Notes under the pieces: model-generated | What the model was told of the DNA's origin: nothing | The model's input: only the letters and a program-made list of their open reading frames with translations | Databases searched by the model: none | Assembly: GCA_951406725.2 (NCBI GenBank) | Contig: OX597825.1 | Span: 29,946,001-30,010,000, forward strand | Source: Octopus vulgaris | Taxonomy: Eukaryota | DNA length: 64,000 nt | Reading direction: 5' to 3' | In this document: positions 13,780-28,299 of the stretch, piece by piece | Layout: the number at the start of each line of letters is the position of its first letter | Numbering within the stretch: the stretch's first letter is position 1 | Position numbers and translations under genes: made by a program

Positions 13780-13990
13780 GCTCATCTATTATAGCCATGT
13801 TCGAAGAAGTAGAGGTTTGCAAAACATTATCATAGAAGGAAGAGCAGATCAAGAGCCAGGCAAAGAACACAGTGTTTGAGCACTATCAGGAGTTGATTGA
13901 ACAAGAATGGCAAGGCAGCTGAAGAACCAGTGCTTCATAGATAAAACTTTTGCCGTAGTGTCATCAATGTATTACAGCCAAATGATACAT
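13780..13990 (+). mobile_element. RTE-clade LINE C-terminal remnant
   Basis: Translates HVRRSRGLQNIIIEGR, resembling the RTE GHVxRxxxLxxxIxEGK motif. Confidence 0.6.
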
Positions 13991-14032
13991 GATGACAATG
14001 ATGATATATACCTATATATCATATCTATATGC

Positions 14033-14440
14033 TCTTTTACTCTCTTTTACTTGTTTCAGTCATTTGACTGTGGCTATGCTGGAGCACTACCACATGGCTC
14101 CGGGTTCAGTCTCACTTCATAGCACCTTGGGTAAGTGTCTTCTACCATAGCCTCAGGCTGACCAAAGCCTTGTGAGCAGATTTGGTAGATGGAAACTGAA
14201 AGAAGCCTGTCATATATACATGCATATATATGTATATGTTTGTGTGTCAGTGTTTGTCGCCCCACCATCACTTGACAACTGATGGTGTGTTTATGTCTTG
14301 TAACTTAGTGGTTTGACAAAAGACACCGATAAAATAAATACTAGGCTTACAAAGAATAAGTCCTGAGATTGATTTCTTTGACTAAAGGTGGTGCTCCAGC
14401 ATGGCTACAGTCAAATGATTGAAGCAAATAAAAGAAAGAA
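14033..14440 (+). mobile_element. Family A SINE with its 5' end replaced by an inverted copy of its own tail
   Basis: 14033-14088 is the reverse complement of about 14390-14440. Confidence 0.8.
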
Positions 14441-15502
14441 TATATAGATAAAAAAGAACACACGAGGAGTTTGAAGATTCATAACAAGTGTTTCAGTAGT
14501 ATTTTTATTGATTACTTTTTGATTACAATGATTATATCATAAAAATAATCCGCTCTCTTCAGGTGTTTTTAAACAGAAGAGAAAACAATTCAAATCGAAA
14601 TACTTTGCCAAGTATTGGCAGAGCAAGTCAGTACATTTGAAGAACCTTTGAAATTTAAAGGGCTGTTAGCAATATATATAGGGTAGAGCTCTGAGAGAAT
14701 AAATTTCATAGATCGCAATCGTAATTATTTATGTATTCAAAGAGGACTAAAGAAGCAATAAAAGATGAAAAGAAGCCAAAGGCAAAGAAAAATAGAGATG
14801 AAGGATCGTGGGGAGAAAGAGGAGGGAATTTTCCTTACAAATTCAACAGAGATAAGCAAAAGTTCAAGCTGGCACCAGAATTCCTGTGACCATTCAAGTG
14901 CTTACCACAATTAGTGCACACATTATCAAACAGACCCTCATACGCTATTATCAGTTTGAACAAAATATTATCTGATAGTCTTAGACACCCAAATATATAC
15001 AACCTAAAGCCTAAATATACACATGCAAACGTGTGTATATATACCTATTGCAAATCTATGTATACATATACACAGCGACACTTACATATAGACACATACA
15101 TATACATGCATATATACAAATATATGTACATATATATGCACACACACATACACAATGAATACACATACTAATAGCTCATATACTTATGTATGCATACAAA
15201 ACCTGTACATCCAAGCAAGGACACACACACACACACACATATGTATACACACATACACATACATAGATACACAAGTTTTTACTCAAAGTTGCAACACATA
15301 TTCAATGATCTGATGAAACTGAGACATGTGAAACTGAATAAAACTCTTATTACAAACGAATGTAGCTTCCACCAAATGTCTTGAGTGCTACCTGCTTTCA
15401 TTTGTTCATTTACTTGCAAATACACCTGTGTGTATGTGTGTGTATATCATCATCATAATTTAACGTCCATTGTCTTTGCTGGCATGGGTTAGACACACAC
15501 AC

Positions 15503-15550
<48 letters not shown>

Positions 15551-15582
15551 CCAAGAAAAAAGCAACAAGAATGGATCAGTAG

Positions 15583-15669
15583 TTTAGTACAGTTGTTTCA
15601 TACTATAAACATTTTATTTAAAGCTGCAAATATTACAGCAAATATAATGTCAAGTATTCTTCAGCTAAA
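15583..15669 (-). ncRNA. Type-I hammerhead ribozyme motif with intact core, in a ~215-bp element flanked by (TA)n
   Basis: Minus strand: TTTAG CTGAAGA ATACT..loop..AGTAT GAAAC aact GTA CTAAA. Stems I and II are 5 bp each; cleavage triplet GUA. Confidence 0.65.
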
Positions 15670-16432
15670 TTTCATATAGGTTTTCCAAACATCTTAGAGA
15701 GTGTAAGTATCCTTATGAAGTTGTAGGAGTGAGTTCCATGAATTTGAAGCAATATTCCAATATATATTATATATATATATAAAAACATATGCACACACAT
15801 GCAGGCACACACACATATGCACAGTCCCTTTTACCATGATAATAAAAACGACAACAATGATGCTCATGATGATGATGATGAGGAGGAGGAGGAGGAGTAG
15901 GACAGGGGGGACAATGAAAGTTTTTTTCCATGATCGGGCAGTTTTGATGATGAATATTGATGTTGGTATTATTGTAGCTCTTACAGCTGATGGCAATTGT
16001 TTTACTGACTGTCACAACCATTAGCAGAACACTGCCACCACCGCCGCCGCCGCCGCCGCTGAACCACTCACCCCTCCCACCACCACCACCACCACCAAAA
16101 CCATCCATCTCCGCCTATTTCCCCCTCGGCCTCCTTCTTCCTCTTCCTCACAACATTTGTATGCTAAACACAACAGTTGTTTCAGTAAGAGGTTATTTGT
16201 GCAACAAAGGTTTCACTGAATTTGTTACACCTTCCCTAAAGATATTTAAATTGATCTGTCTGTTTTCTGTGCCAAGTTACCCAGTATTACAACAGAAATA
16301 CACAATCCCACACGCACACAGCCTCCCACCATACACACACACACACATACTCATTGCCAATTTTTTTTAGTTTAATGTAAACCCAAATCACTTTATTGTA
16401 GAATCAGAAACGAACTATTTCACTGATAAAAC

Positions 16433-16800
16433 GAGGCACAGGTAAGCTAGCAGAAACGTTAGCATGCCAGGTGAAATGCTTAGTGGTACTTCATCTGCCG
16501 TTGCGTTCTGAGTTCAAATTCTGCCGAGGTCAACTTTACCTTTCATCCTTTCGGGGTTGATAAATTAAGTACCAGTTACACACTGGAGTCAATGTAATCG
16601 ACTTAATCCCTTTGTCTGTCCTTGTTTGTCCCCTCTATGTTTAGCCCCTTGTGGGCAATAAAGAAATAAAAAGCTTGCTCCCCAACCATATGGTTCTGGG
16701 TTTGTGGCACCTTTTTTGTAAGTGTCTTTTACTGCAGCCTCAGACTGACCAAAGCCTTGTGAGTGGATCTGGTTAACAAAAACTGAAAGAATCCTTCCAT
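16433..16800 (+). mobile_element. Family B (Nin-domain-like) SINE followed by a family A fragment
   Basis: gttcaaattctgccgaggtcaactttacctttcatcctttcggggttgataaattaagtaccag, with tail gcccttgtgggcaataaagaaata. Confidence 0.85.
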
Positions 16801-16812
16801 GCTCATGTGTAT

Positions 16813-16843
<31 letters not shown>

Positions 16844-17342
16844 CACCCGCTGTATACAGTGGTTTGTGGGGACAGTGATGGTGATGGTGTTGGTGTAGGT
16901 GGTGACAGGAAGCAATGTCTATTATACTTCATTGGTCACCGCTGGTTGTAGTGGTGCTGATGGTGGTGATGTTGGGAATAATGGCAATGGCAGCAGTGTT
17001 GGTGGTGGTAATTCTATCTTTGAATAGCCTAAGTCTGTCTGCTAAAGTAGTTCTACCAAATGGTGTTAGTGTTAGGAGTGCTGAATGGGTTATACAATGG
17101 CAGCTGAGATGATATGGTGCTGCATTTGTATTTAATTTGGTGGTTGTTTAGCACCAGGTCAACTCTAATCAAGAACAGTTCTATCTGATCTTGAACAGAA
17201 AATCTGGCCATGACCATCCCATCTTAGTTTCATTCGGACATAATGTTATCATCCAGTGTATTCTTCAGGATTTTTAAAAAATAATTATTAAAGATAATTG
17301 CAAAAATATGTGATTAGATGGAGATAGCTGTGGAGTTTTTAC

Positions 17343-18015
17343 CTGTAGCTCATCTACTTGAGGTATGTTGTCTTAAGATAGGAGATTAGAAAAAGATGCC
17401 ACCCTGACAGACCCATAAGGAAAAATGGTATCAAATTTCCTTTCTTGGGTCAAAATGTTAAATGTATATACATGGACTGCAGTGATTGTTCTATTTTTTA
17501 AATAGTCTGGGAAAAGGGACAGCACCCATATTCATTGCAGGCCCTTTTGGACTAGTGAGCTTAATTCATTTGAAGTAAGCTGAATCTAAGTGGGAGAAAT
17601 GTAGGTAAAAAAGGATCTCATAAGGCTTAGGAATCCTGTAGATGAATGATTGGAAAATAGTTTTAAGTGTGAGGCCTAGACTCAGTTACCCTTTTACACT
17701 GCTAATTTTTAATTAAGTTCACTGTTAATTTGATTTTTAAGTTCATTAGTTCTTCTCTGTATGTAAATTGGTTGGAAAAGAATCAGCTTATATGTTAAAG
17801 ATTCAAAGATAGAATTGAATGAGATGGCGTAAGGCCATCTTGTAAATTCTTTAATATTAGATAGCTTCCAGAATTCTGAATCCATGAATACAAAATGCAG
17901 GTCATTTGTCTTTAAACAGAACTCTTCTTCAGGAAACATATATTATTAAATACTCATTAACATTTAGAAATCATCTTATCTCATTATACTACATAAGTTA
18001 TTCTACGCTTCTTGC
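17343..18015 (-). pseudogene. Large decayed exon-like segment
   Basis: ORF MFPEEEFCLKTNDLHFVFMDSEFWKLSNIKEFTRWPY..., then LTSNELSSLVQKGLQ*IWVLSLFPDYLKNRTITAVHVYTFNILTQERKFDTIFPYGSVRVASFSNLLS*DNIPQVDELQ|gtaaaa. Confidence 0.45.
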
Positions 18016-19099
18016 AAGACAAGTGTATTAACATGACTAAAGTATTTTAAAAGTCAAACTCAGAATTCTTCCTAAATTACAACTATACAATATATGGCCT
18101 CTTATTTATACTGTTCATAAATATTTATACATTCATTGAAGTAATATCACAAATAAGTCTAACACATAAATCAATAGTTCTCATAATTTGCCAGACTACA
18201 AATTCCAGTTAATTATATTTTGCAAGTGAAAATAAATAACCCAAAAGAAGAATCGGTATTAAAAATAACAATTACATTTAAAAGATGATGTTGATTTATG
18301 TAATTAATTGTTATAATGTATAAGTGCTTTTGAAGAACTGGGTTTATACTACGTTTAATTCCCATGCTATTTCAACCCCAATGTCGGCAGTTTATAGTTG
18401 TAGTCAATAGCCTTGTACAAGTAGCCATCATTCATGATCGAGTTTGGCCTGGTATGTATTACCAAGCAAATTGTTTTAGGTTCTTCGGTGGTCATGAGCA
18501 GATTCAGATATTTTGTCCCTGTCATCCTTGACCCAGATGGATAAGTAGGATGTGATACGTGGAGGAAAAAAGGGCTGCACTAGTAACTGATGGGTAGTCA
18601 ATTGTAGATGTGTAACTTAGAATAATTTGTAAAGAAGTACTTTGCTCATTTCAACTAGTCATGGAATTGAACCCACAACTTTGGAGATCATGAGCCAAAT
18701 ACTGTTTAATGCTCTAGATAAGATGAGACTGTGACAAATTAACACACTTTAAACACGGGCCATTTAGTGGTAATTCAACAAACCATTAAATGTTTAGGAG
18801 GTTTTCACAATTTATATATAATAAATGTATAGAAAGATAGCTGAGATAGCAAGCAAATTGAAGTTATGCTATTTACTGCAATTGCTTCAGTACAAAGTTC
18901 CAGCCCAGCCCAGATCAATGTATCAAGTACCAGTGAAACTAGTAAACTAACACTATATTTAATCAACTACATTCCCAGCCAAATCTATAGTGACACTGAT
19001 TCCATGAAAGAATGTAAGAAACTAGTATAGTGTGCATGTGTACACACATGTACATGCGCAAGCACACACACATATGCTCACACATAGATATACACACTG

Positions 19100-19266
19100 A
19101 GCCCAACACTTCGATCACCACTATTATCACTTTTACATTATCCTCTTGCATTCCATGCAGTCTTGCCATTTCCACTTGTAATTCAGAGTACTTGGTGATT
19201 ATTTTCAACCTCTTTACTCACAACATTCATGTCATTTGGTATGGCTACATCAATGATCTGACAGTA
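19100..19266 (-). mobile_element. R4/Dong-clade LINE restriction-like endonuclease (RLE) remnant
   Basis: CQIIDVAIPNDMNVVSKEVE/ITKYSELQVEMARL...VKVIIVVIEVLGSV matches the RLE DVxxP...KExEKxxKYxxL motif; a short copy lies at ~12015-12070 (+). Confidence 0.75.
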
Positions 19267-19283
19267 TTATCATTATCATTATC

Positions 19284-19836
19284 ATTGAGTGAGAGAGCAG
19301 TGCATGCCATCAAAGTGACACTGGGGCAAAATGTATGAAGCCCATCATGACTACACGTCTGATAAGGGTACACCAGGCACATGCATCACAACCATATGTG
19401 CGCGACATGGTGATCTCATATCAAGATAAACAGCACATGACCTTGCAGGCGGGGCCCAGTTAGAATTTTCTTCTGGTCAAGTAACCCATCCTGCTCAAAA
19501 GGTCCCTGAATAAGGGTTGTTTAAGGATGTTGAACGAAACACCCATGTTTCCAAAGGTGAAGTATTCAAACCTCAAAGAGTCCCTCTCAACACATGGCTA
19601 TGATGCTCCCCCACTACTTCTGCTCGTGATCAGAGATGCACATATCGTCAGTCACTAAGGTACATACTCAACTGGTTACGGTCAAACAACTGACAAGCAA
19701 ATCTGTGGAATTGAGCAGAATATTTGCTGTAGCCCATTTTTTATACCAAGACAAAACAATGTACATGATAACACTTCCAATCAGTTAAGATCAGAAGCCA
19801 CAAGAGCCACTGCCTGGTACTGCATCAAGGCATTCA
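19284..19836 (-). mobile_element. Family C element, full length, flanked by (ATT)n
   Basis: Three homologous copies in the window. Confidence 0.85.
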
Positions 19837-19843
19837 ATTATTA

Positions 19844-19880
<37 letters not shown>

Positions 19881-22596
19881 GCCAATGTCGACTTTGCTTT
19901 TCATCCCTTCAGGGTTGAAAATTTAAGAACCAGTGAAACACTGGAGTTGATGTAATTGCCTTATCCCCCCACCCAAATTTCAGGCCTTGTGCTTTTAGTA
20001 GAAAGGATAATTATTGTTAAGTTGGTGAGTTAGCAGAATCGTTAGCACATCAGGTATGCAAAACATTGTGTTGTGGCATTTTGTCTATCTTTACATTTTG
20101 AGTTCAAATCCTGCCGAGATAAATTTGCCTTTTATCATTTCAGGGTCAATAAAATAAGTACCAGTTAAGTATTGGGGATCAATCTAACCAACTTACCCAC
20201 TCCCCTGAAATCGCTGGCCTCGTGCCAAAAATTGAAACCATTATTAACCATGCTATAATATCAAAGATTGATAGAATTGGGTATTTGTTCTGACATTTTC
20301 TGTTCTGAGTTCAAAACTTACCCAAGTCAACTTTACTTTTTATCCTTCTGAGATTATTAGAATAAAATACCACTTTCAGTTATATTTCTATTCACACAGA
20401 TTTAAAAAATTTTTAGACAACCCTTTAGGAGGATTTTGTACAGATAAACGCAACTAATCAAAAATTATATTTTTCCTTTTGCTTATTTTTTTACCAAACT
20501 CTATTGAAAATACAAGACTGTAGTATTTCTATAAAAATAGCTGATAGATGTTGGCTTCCCGTCTGTTCAGTTGCATCCTGCTGTTCTCTTTAATGGTTAC
20601 AATTTTTATTTTTTATTTCCTATTTTTATTTTATTTTTATGAAGCACCATCCAAGATTGTTGCTTTCTGTGCTATTAATATTAAATATCAGGTTATTTAG
20701 TTTCTGCATATTAGCATTTAATTAAAATTGTCCTAAATATGAACTGAATCAAAATATTCCTCCTCACACACACACACACATATACACATACCCCCATACA
20801 CTCACTCATATACACATACTATATTTTTTTTACATTTTACATATATTGTAAAAAAATTACTCAAATATTTTGCATTTTTCATTTCACTTTTTGATATTAT
20901 TATTTCTTTCATTCTGTTTTATTTATTTATCTATATATTTATTTTTATTTATATTTCTCTTTGCATCATTTAATTTTTAGCTTTAGGAACAAAATCTGCA
21001 AGTCAGAGAAAACTAGAAAAAAGTCAGGCAAGGAATAAAAATGAATCTTTCCAACTGTTTACTGAAGACTTGTTGTAAAATGATGTATTTAAAATAGGAA
21101 CTTTATTGATATCTTTTAATAAAAAATATCTAAGAAAAGTAAATAAAATACTGAAAAAACTTCATCCTCAAAATATTAGTGACTGAGTAATTGGTTTGTT
21201 GATGTGAAAGACATTAATTTTTACAAAAAGAAAGAAAAATCAAAAGAAAATCAAAAGTAAAGACAGAAATCATTGCTCTGTTATTGACATTTTAGCAAAT
21301 TAGAAGAGAATTATGTTATTTTAATTTAAAACAGCTTGAAAACACATTGAATTCAGAGTCATAGGGGTATACTTTACTACTCTTTAAAGAAGGAAAAGAA
21401 AATTTGCTTTGGTAATAAGCACTTGTTTATACATCCTTTGAATTTCTATAATGATAAATATAATTATATCAGTTATTATTTTAATAGCTCTTATGTCTTA
21501 TGCCTGAATTACTTTCTGTTCATTTCACAGTATAATGAGAGATTGTTTCACAAATGAAGGTCCCTCCTTACTGTACAAATCATCATTTTTATTCTAGAAG
21601 AGTGATTTCCAGGCCATTGATGCATTACAGCGATATTCCATAAAGCTAACCTATATGTGTTGCAATTTTCTTTTTTTTATAAAGTATATTCATAAATTTA
21701 CCTAATTCAGTAATTCAGAGAAAAAGTAAAACCGACCATTATTTAACTTCAGGTTCAGACAAATATTTGGCAGGAAAATATTATACCTGTGTTTCTGAGA
21801 TTAAAACGACGTGTAATCTAGTTCTAGAAAGTGCTGAAATCAATCAACAAAATATATTGTCATTATTTATATAGGTTTATATTAGCAAAACAGCAGCAAT
21901 AATAATCATTACAACTATAGGCACAAAACCTGGAATTTGCGAGAAGGGAACTAGTTGGTTATATTAATTCTGGTGCTCAGCTGGTCCTTATTTTATTACA
22001 TTATTTTGAACTCAGTACCTAAAGCTAGAAGAAATGTTGCTAACCACTTTGGCAAGTTTGCTCAGGATTCTGCCACTCACCACCATAAACTTAATCTTTT
22101 CTATCATAGGTACAAGGTCTGAAATTTTGGGGAAAGGGGCTAGTTGATTACATTGACCCCAGTGTTCAACTGGTAATTATTTTATTGACCCTCAAAAGGA
22201 TGAAAGACAAAGTTGATCTCAGTGGGATTTGAATTCAGAATTTAAAGGCAGACAATATAATAGCACTCAAGTGCACAATAGCTCATCAGAAAAGGGTAAA
22301 AGATGGGAAAGGAGAGAAGAAGCAAAAGGGGAAAATGGTAAGACAGAAAATTGTAAGACAATAAGTCAGAAGTGTACTAAGAAATACAAAATTCTTCAAT
22401 GCTTTTGTTACTACATTTCTGTTGAAATACACTGCACTTTCTTCATTTAATTTTAAAATGATAAAGAATTTAATAAAATAATATTGTTACCTTGAGTTTG
22501 GAACATATTATGGAATTTTGATAGAAAGTTTTCACTTAGATCACTTTAAAAATAAGTTTGTATCATGGAACCAGGGGCAGTCTTTGGTGAGTTAAC

Positions 22597-22815
22597 CCTT
22601 TCATTACTGTATTTATTTTCAGATGCTCTGTGTTTCTTTCAATTACTTTAAATATAACAAAGAATTTAGTAAAATAACTTACTTATCATTAAGCTAGTGT
22701 TAGGAACATAAATTGTGACTAAGGTTTTGGTAGAAGATTTTAATTCAAAACTTATGAAAACAAGGCATTGGTACTCAGAGCCAGAGCCAGTTTCAGCCGG
22801 GTTGGTAACGAAAGG
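22597..22815 (+). mobile_element. piggyBac-type MITE
   Basis: TTAA|CCCTTTC...GAAAGG|TTAA; four near-identical copies in the window. Confidence 0.85.
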
Positions 22816-23220
22816 TTAATATCAAAATTACTTAAATTCCATAACACATCAGATTTCATGTTCAACCAATAACTCTATTCAGAAACTGAGATGCTGTCAG
22901 TTACTTGTATGATTTGAGAGTGTCAACCAGACTTTTCGGCCAAGTTGCCTGATTTTCTGAGGTAGACTCTGCTTATGGTGTTCTCTTCACTGACAATCTT
23001 GTTAGATTGATGGCTTGTGTTGGTCAACCACATGCAAAACTGTTACAGCTTATGAGAAGATATCTTGTGGAGATGAGGACTGAGCTGAGCAGGGCTCTGC
23101 TTGATGGGTCATCTAGGAGGAGCTGGGAATATACCAACAAATGGTGAATGCAGCAACGTGCTGCAAGGCTACATATTGTCACAGCTGACCTGGCCATAAT
23201 CCCCTAAAATATTGATTTCT

Positions 23221-23393
23221 CATCATCATCATCAGCAGCATCATCATCATCATCGTTTAACGTCTGCTTTCCATGCTAGCATGGGTTGGACGATTTGACT
23301 GAGGACTGGCGAGCCAGATGACTGCACCAGGCTCCAATCTTGATCTGGCAGAGTTTCTACAGCTGGATGCCCTTCCTAACGCCAACCACTCCA
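23221..23393 (-). mobile_element. Family D element, 3' part
   Basis: (CAT)n followed by cgtttaacgtctgctttccatgctagcatgggttggacg. Confidence 0.8.
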
Positions 23394-24102
23394 AACTCAT
23401 GTTAGGAAAAAATTATATATTTGTGGGTAATGGATATACTTGAGCAAATAAATCCTAATCCATAGCTCATCATCATTGTTTATTTATTTATTTATCTATT
23501 TATTTATTTATTTATCTATTTATTTATTTATTTATTTATTCATTTGTCCCATAACGATTAAATTCAGTCCCTGTGGGATATGAAAGCAGAATGTAGAAAT
23601 ATGTAACTAAATAATATTAGTTTTTTTTTGTTTTGTTTTGTTTTTTTTAGTGTAACTCAATTCTGTTTAAACTATTCCACCATCCTTACTAGATAAAATA
23701 TTCAAACATCATATACACTTCCTAAAATTCTCCTGTCATAAATTTACAACAATATTTAAGTTTTTATCAAAAAATATATAGATATCACTTCTGAATTTAT
23801 TTGCAGTTGACATAAAAAAATTATGAAAAAAATATCAGTGAATATATGTAAATATTTATGCAGTACTTTTAGTTTATTACCTTTATTCGAACAGTAGCTA
23901 ACTAGCATTTATTGATTAATTTTATTTTAACAAACAAAATAAACAAAAGTTAAATAAATTGAAATTTATATCCATCAGCTATCATTTCTTCTGAAAGAAT
24001 CAACTAAAATGAAAAACAAGAATTGCCTAGAGGAAATATCTGGTAGTTATAAAACTAACTGCTATAAATTTTTCACCGTATTCTAATGATTGTTGTTGTT
24101 GT

Positions 24103-24106
<4 letters not shown>

Positions 24107-24190
<84 letters not shown>
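24107..24190. repeat. (CTA)n microsatellite
   Basis: Directly visible. Confidence 0.95.
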
Positions 24191-24191
<1 letters not shown>

Positions 24192-24789
24192 TTCCTATTT
24201 ACATATCAGTATTCCTGACTTGAGATTTCCTCGCATTTCAAAGAAAATTAACAGAATGAAATTATTTTCATATTTTTAAGCCAAATTCCAAAAACTTCAC
24301 ATAACTGAAATTATATTATTTTGCTGTCATATATGAGACAACTAGTTAATATATTCTATACAGTTTGGTGTGTTACTTTTAGAAAATCAAAAGAAAAAAC
24401 AATTAAGAACAAACAAAACTACATTTTAAAATGTATATGTATGTATATTCATATATATATATATATATATACACACACATATACACATAGTTTATCTGTC
24501 TTGAATATTTGCACAATAATAAGCTCATCTTTATAAGTATAATGTCTTTATTAACCCATCATATTTTCTTACCTTCATAACAGATTTTTTTCTTTTAATA
24601 TAAAATAAATAATTTAAATATGATTTTGTAAAAATGAGTCAACTTATCTGCATCATTTGAATAAATCTCCAAGTTTATTACTGGTATTCATTTGAATTTA
24701 GAATCTAGATTAATAAAACTAAATACAGCAAGTTCATTAGTCCTTTGCCCATCTTATCTTATATTCTGTTACTCTAATTATTGTAATTA

Positions 24790-25110
24790 TTGTTTATTAA
24801 CATAGATTGTTTGTTCCTTCTTGAGCCATGCCTGGTTCATACGGGCCAGTTTCCCGGTTTCCTTGGCATATAGGTTCCCCACATGGATGGGACACTGTCC
24901 GTCGCAGGTGAGCTGCAAGACACAGGAGGAAAGAGTGAGAGATAGTTGTGGCGAAAGAGTCAGCAGAAATTCGCCATTACCTTCTGACGGAGCCACGTGG
25001 AGCTTAGGAGTTTTACTCATAAACACACACATCACCCAGTCTGAGATTCAAACCCACGATCCCTTGATCGCAATTCCACTGCTCTAACCACTAGCCCATG
25101 TGCCTCCATA
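24790..25110 (-). mobile_element. tRNA-derived SINE of a distinct family
   Basis: Minus-strand head ggaggcacatgggctagtggttagagcag...gggtttgaatctc with A/B boxes. Confidence 0.75.
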
Positions 25111-25377
25111 TATTAACATAGTTACAAAACCAGAATTTTTGTGGGAATAGTTAGTCAACTGGATCAGCTCCAACACATACATGACTGAAACTTTAGTTTG
25201 TTTTTTAGAATTAAACAATAAATTTCATGTGCAAAATGTTGTTGGTTGAATCAGCAGGACTACATCAATGATGGATCCCCTGTCAGGTTCAGCAATGATT
25301 GTTCAGTTACTCAATCAAATAAATTTCTTGCTTATTGACTTAAGGTGGCATGTGATTTCTTCTACTATATTACGTTA

Positions 25378-26427
25378 CCAGTATTTACTGCATAAGAGAA
25401 GAATGGTAGGGTTAAAAAGGCATTAAAAGTTGTAATGCTGGTCGTTCAATGTTCAGTTGTTTTCCTTAATTCACAATAGTAAATCGCAGGGAATATTCGA
25501 CATTTTGTTGAATATCTACAATTGTTAAGCAAATTATTGAGAAAATTCAGCATTATAATAGATAGAGCTGTTGCTGAACTAAATAAACCAGGTTGAAATT
25601 TTTCCAGATTGACACAATTTATATGAAAATTAATCATTATCTGGGTTAAAAAAAAAAAGGAACACCAACTTTAATTGAATATACTTTATATTTCAATACT
25701 TGATATTTATTATCAAAAATATTTTTATGCTAGCAGATAAACATTATAATACTACAGCCCACTCTTCTAATATTAACAGAAAATTTAATCTCCATATTTA
25801 CAAGTGATTGAGAGTAACATTTTAGATTTCCAATGTTATTTGATCCACAATAAAGAAGTATTGGATTTCTTTCTTATTAGCTGAATAAATTCCATTCAAT
25901 AGTCACACAAAGTTTTCATCATTATGGCAAAGTTTTCTGTGAAGTTTTCCTATGAAACATTCTGTATGTATGTAACAATATCTTTGCTATGTTAAAGGCG
26001 AGAAAGGATTCTCAGTTTCAGCAAATAGCTTCAAAATAAACATCAAATTCTATTGCCTCTGAAATTTCCAAAAATACAAAGAGAAAATTTCAATAGACTT
26101 TTGTCAGTTGAAATCATCAATAGAAATAGAAAGAGAAGTTCATTGAATAAAAATTCTGTGATAGAATTCTTCAGTGTGGCAGTTGTAAATGTGCTATACA
26201 ATTATAGAAATAAATTTACAAGGCTACTGAGGGAAGTATAGGAGAATATTTATAATAAAAGCTGAAACAAACATTTATATATAGATGTATATATATGTGT
26301 ATATATGTGACTGACTGTGTATATACAATGTGAATATACATGCATATATATATAAATATGTATGTAATATGTATGTATGTATGTATGTATACATATGCAT
26401 ACATATGTATATAAACAACATAAGTGC

Positions 26428-26478
<51 letters not shown>

Positions 26479-26760
26479 GTGTGTGCATGTATACTTACAT
26501 ATACTTAGATAGATGAATGAAAATTGATATTACTCTTCACTGCTTTGTATATATAGATTCCCTTTATATTGATAGCTAAATGTACTGGAGTTTTAAATAA
26601 GTTTTCTTCAATAATTCTTTCAGCATTCTGTAAGCCTACTTTTATACCATAATATATGTGGATGTGTATATATATGTGAGTATACGAATGGAGATATGTG
26701 AAGTTATCTAAAAAGATAAAGAATTTCTGCAAGTCTTTGTATTCTTCAAATGAATGGGTT
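25378..26760 (-). pseudogene. Three decayed exon-like segments (~26760-26500, ~26230-25830, 25640-25378)
   Basis: Strong acceptor (t)n aacccag|IMINFHINCVNLEKFQPGLFSS...; cttacag|NAERIIEENLFKTPVHLAINIKG; internal stops. Confidence 0.35.
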
Positions 26761-27056
26761 TAAATCATGTGTGTATCTCATGTGATATATGTGCATGCAT
26801 GTGAGTCCACATGTGTATGTGTGCGTGTGTATAAGAATATATTCATAATTATATAGGCTCAAATATGGGTGACTGGATTTAAGTGCACTTTTTTGGAGTG
26901 ATTAAGAAGTTCATTTAGAAGCCTATTTTTTTTTATTGGAAAGCACAACCAAGATGGTAAGAAACCAATAGTAAAACAGGAGCTCCTAGGTTTGATCCCC
27001 GTATGCGGTATCTTGGGACATTTTCTCTAAACATTTATATACATATATTTATACAT

Positions 27057-27097
<41 letters not shown>

Positions 27098-27322
27098 TAC
27101 ATAGATAGATTGATAGATATAGATATAGATATATGCATATATTATATATATACTTACACACAAACACACACATATGTATATATGTATGTATGTATGTATG
27201 AATGCATATAAATAGTTGTGTTATATTCTATTAAAAACGTAGTAGAATACAGTATAAAGCTCGTCCACCTTCAGATTTACCCTGTGCTATCCAGCGGTAG
27301 TAGTATTTTTTAATTGCATACA

Positions 27323-27625
<303 letters not shown>

Positions 27626-27679
27626 TCAAAACTATATACACACACACACACATATATATACATACATATGTATGTATGC

Positions 27680-27713
<34 letters not shown>

Positions 27714-27777
27714 GCACACACACATGTATATACATACACATGTGTTTACATATATAACATGTGTGAATGTATATATA

Positions 27778-28175
27778 TCATTATCATCATCATCCTTTAG
27801 AGTCTGTTTTCTATGCTGTCATGGGTAAGACGGTTTGCCTGGAATTGGTAAGCTGGTGAGTTGCAACAGGCTCCAATCTATGCTGGCTGGTTTCTATGGC
27901 TGGATGCCTTCCCTAATGGTAACCACTCTACAAACTGTGTTGGGTGTCTCTTATGTGTCACCAGCACTAGTGCTTTCTATGTGCTGCTTGCACAGGTGCC
28001 TGTTATGTGTCACTGCAACTGTTACCATTTGCATGTCACCAGCACGGGTGCCATTCACATGTAACCAGCATGGATGCCTCTCATGTGTCATTGGCCACAA
28101 CAGTAATTTCACTCAGCTTGACATGTCTTCTCAAGCATAGCAAATTGCTGAAAGTTGTGGTCATTTGTCAGCACC
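27778..28175 (-). mobile_element. Family D element, diverged
   Basis: Homology to 57520-57930. Confidence 0.7.
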
Positions 28176-28299
28176 TCTGTGAGACACACTCACACACACA
28201 CACACAAACAAACACACACACACACAAATATATATATACACACACACACATGTGTATGTACATATGCTGTATACAACCAAGACCTTTGGTTCTGATTTA

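Noticed and set aside
15310-15335. CTGATGA...GAAAC hammerhead-like boxes
   Set aside because: No stem II pairing and no NUH/stem I.
15990-16370. Polyproline, formin-like ORF
   Set aside because: It arises from (CCA/CCG)n repeats, with no flanking domain or convincing splice sites.
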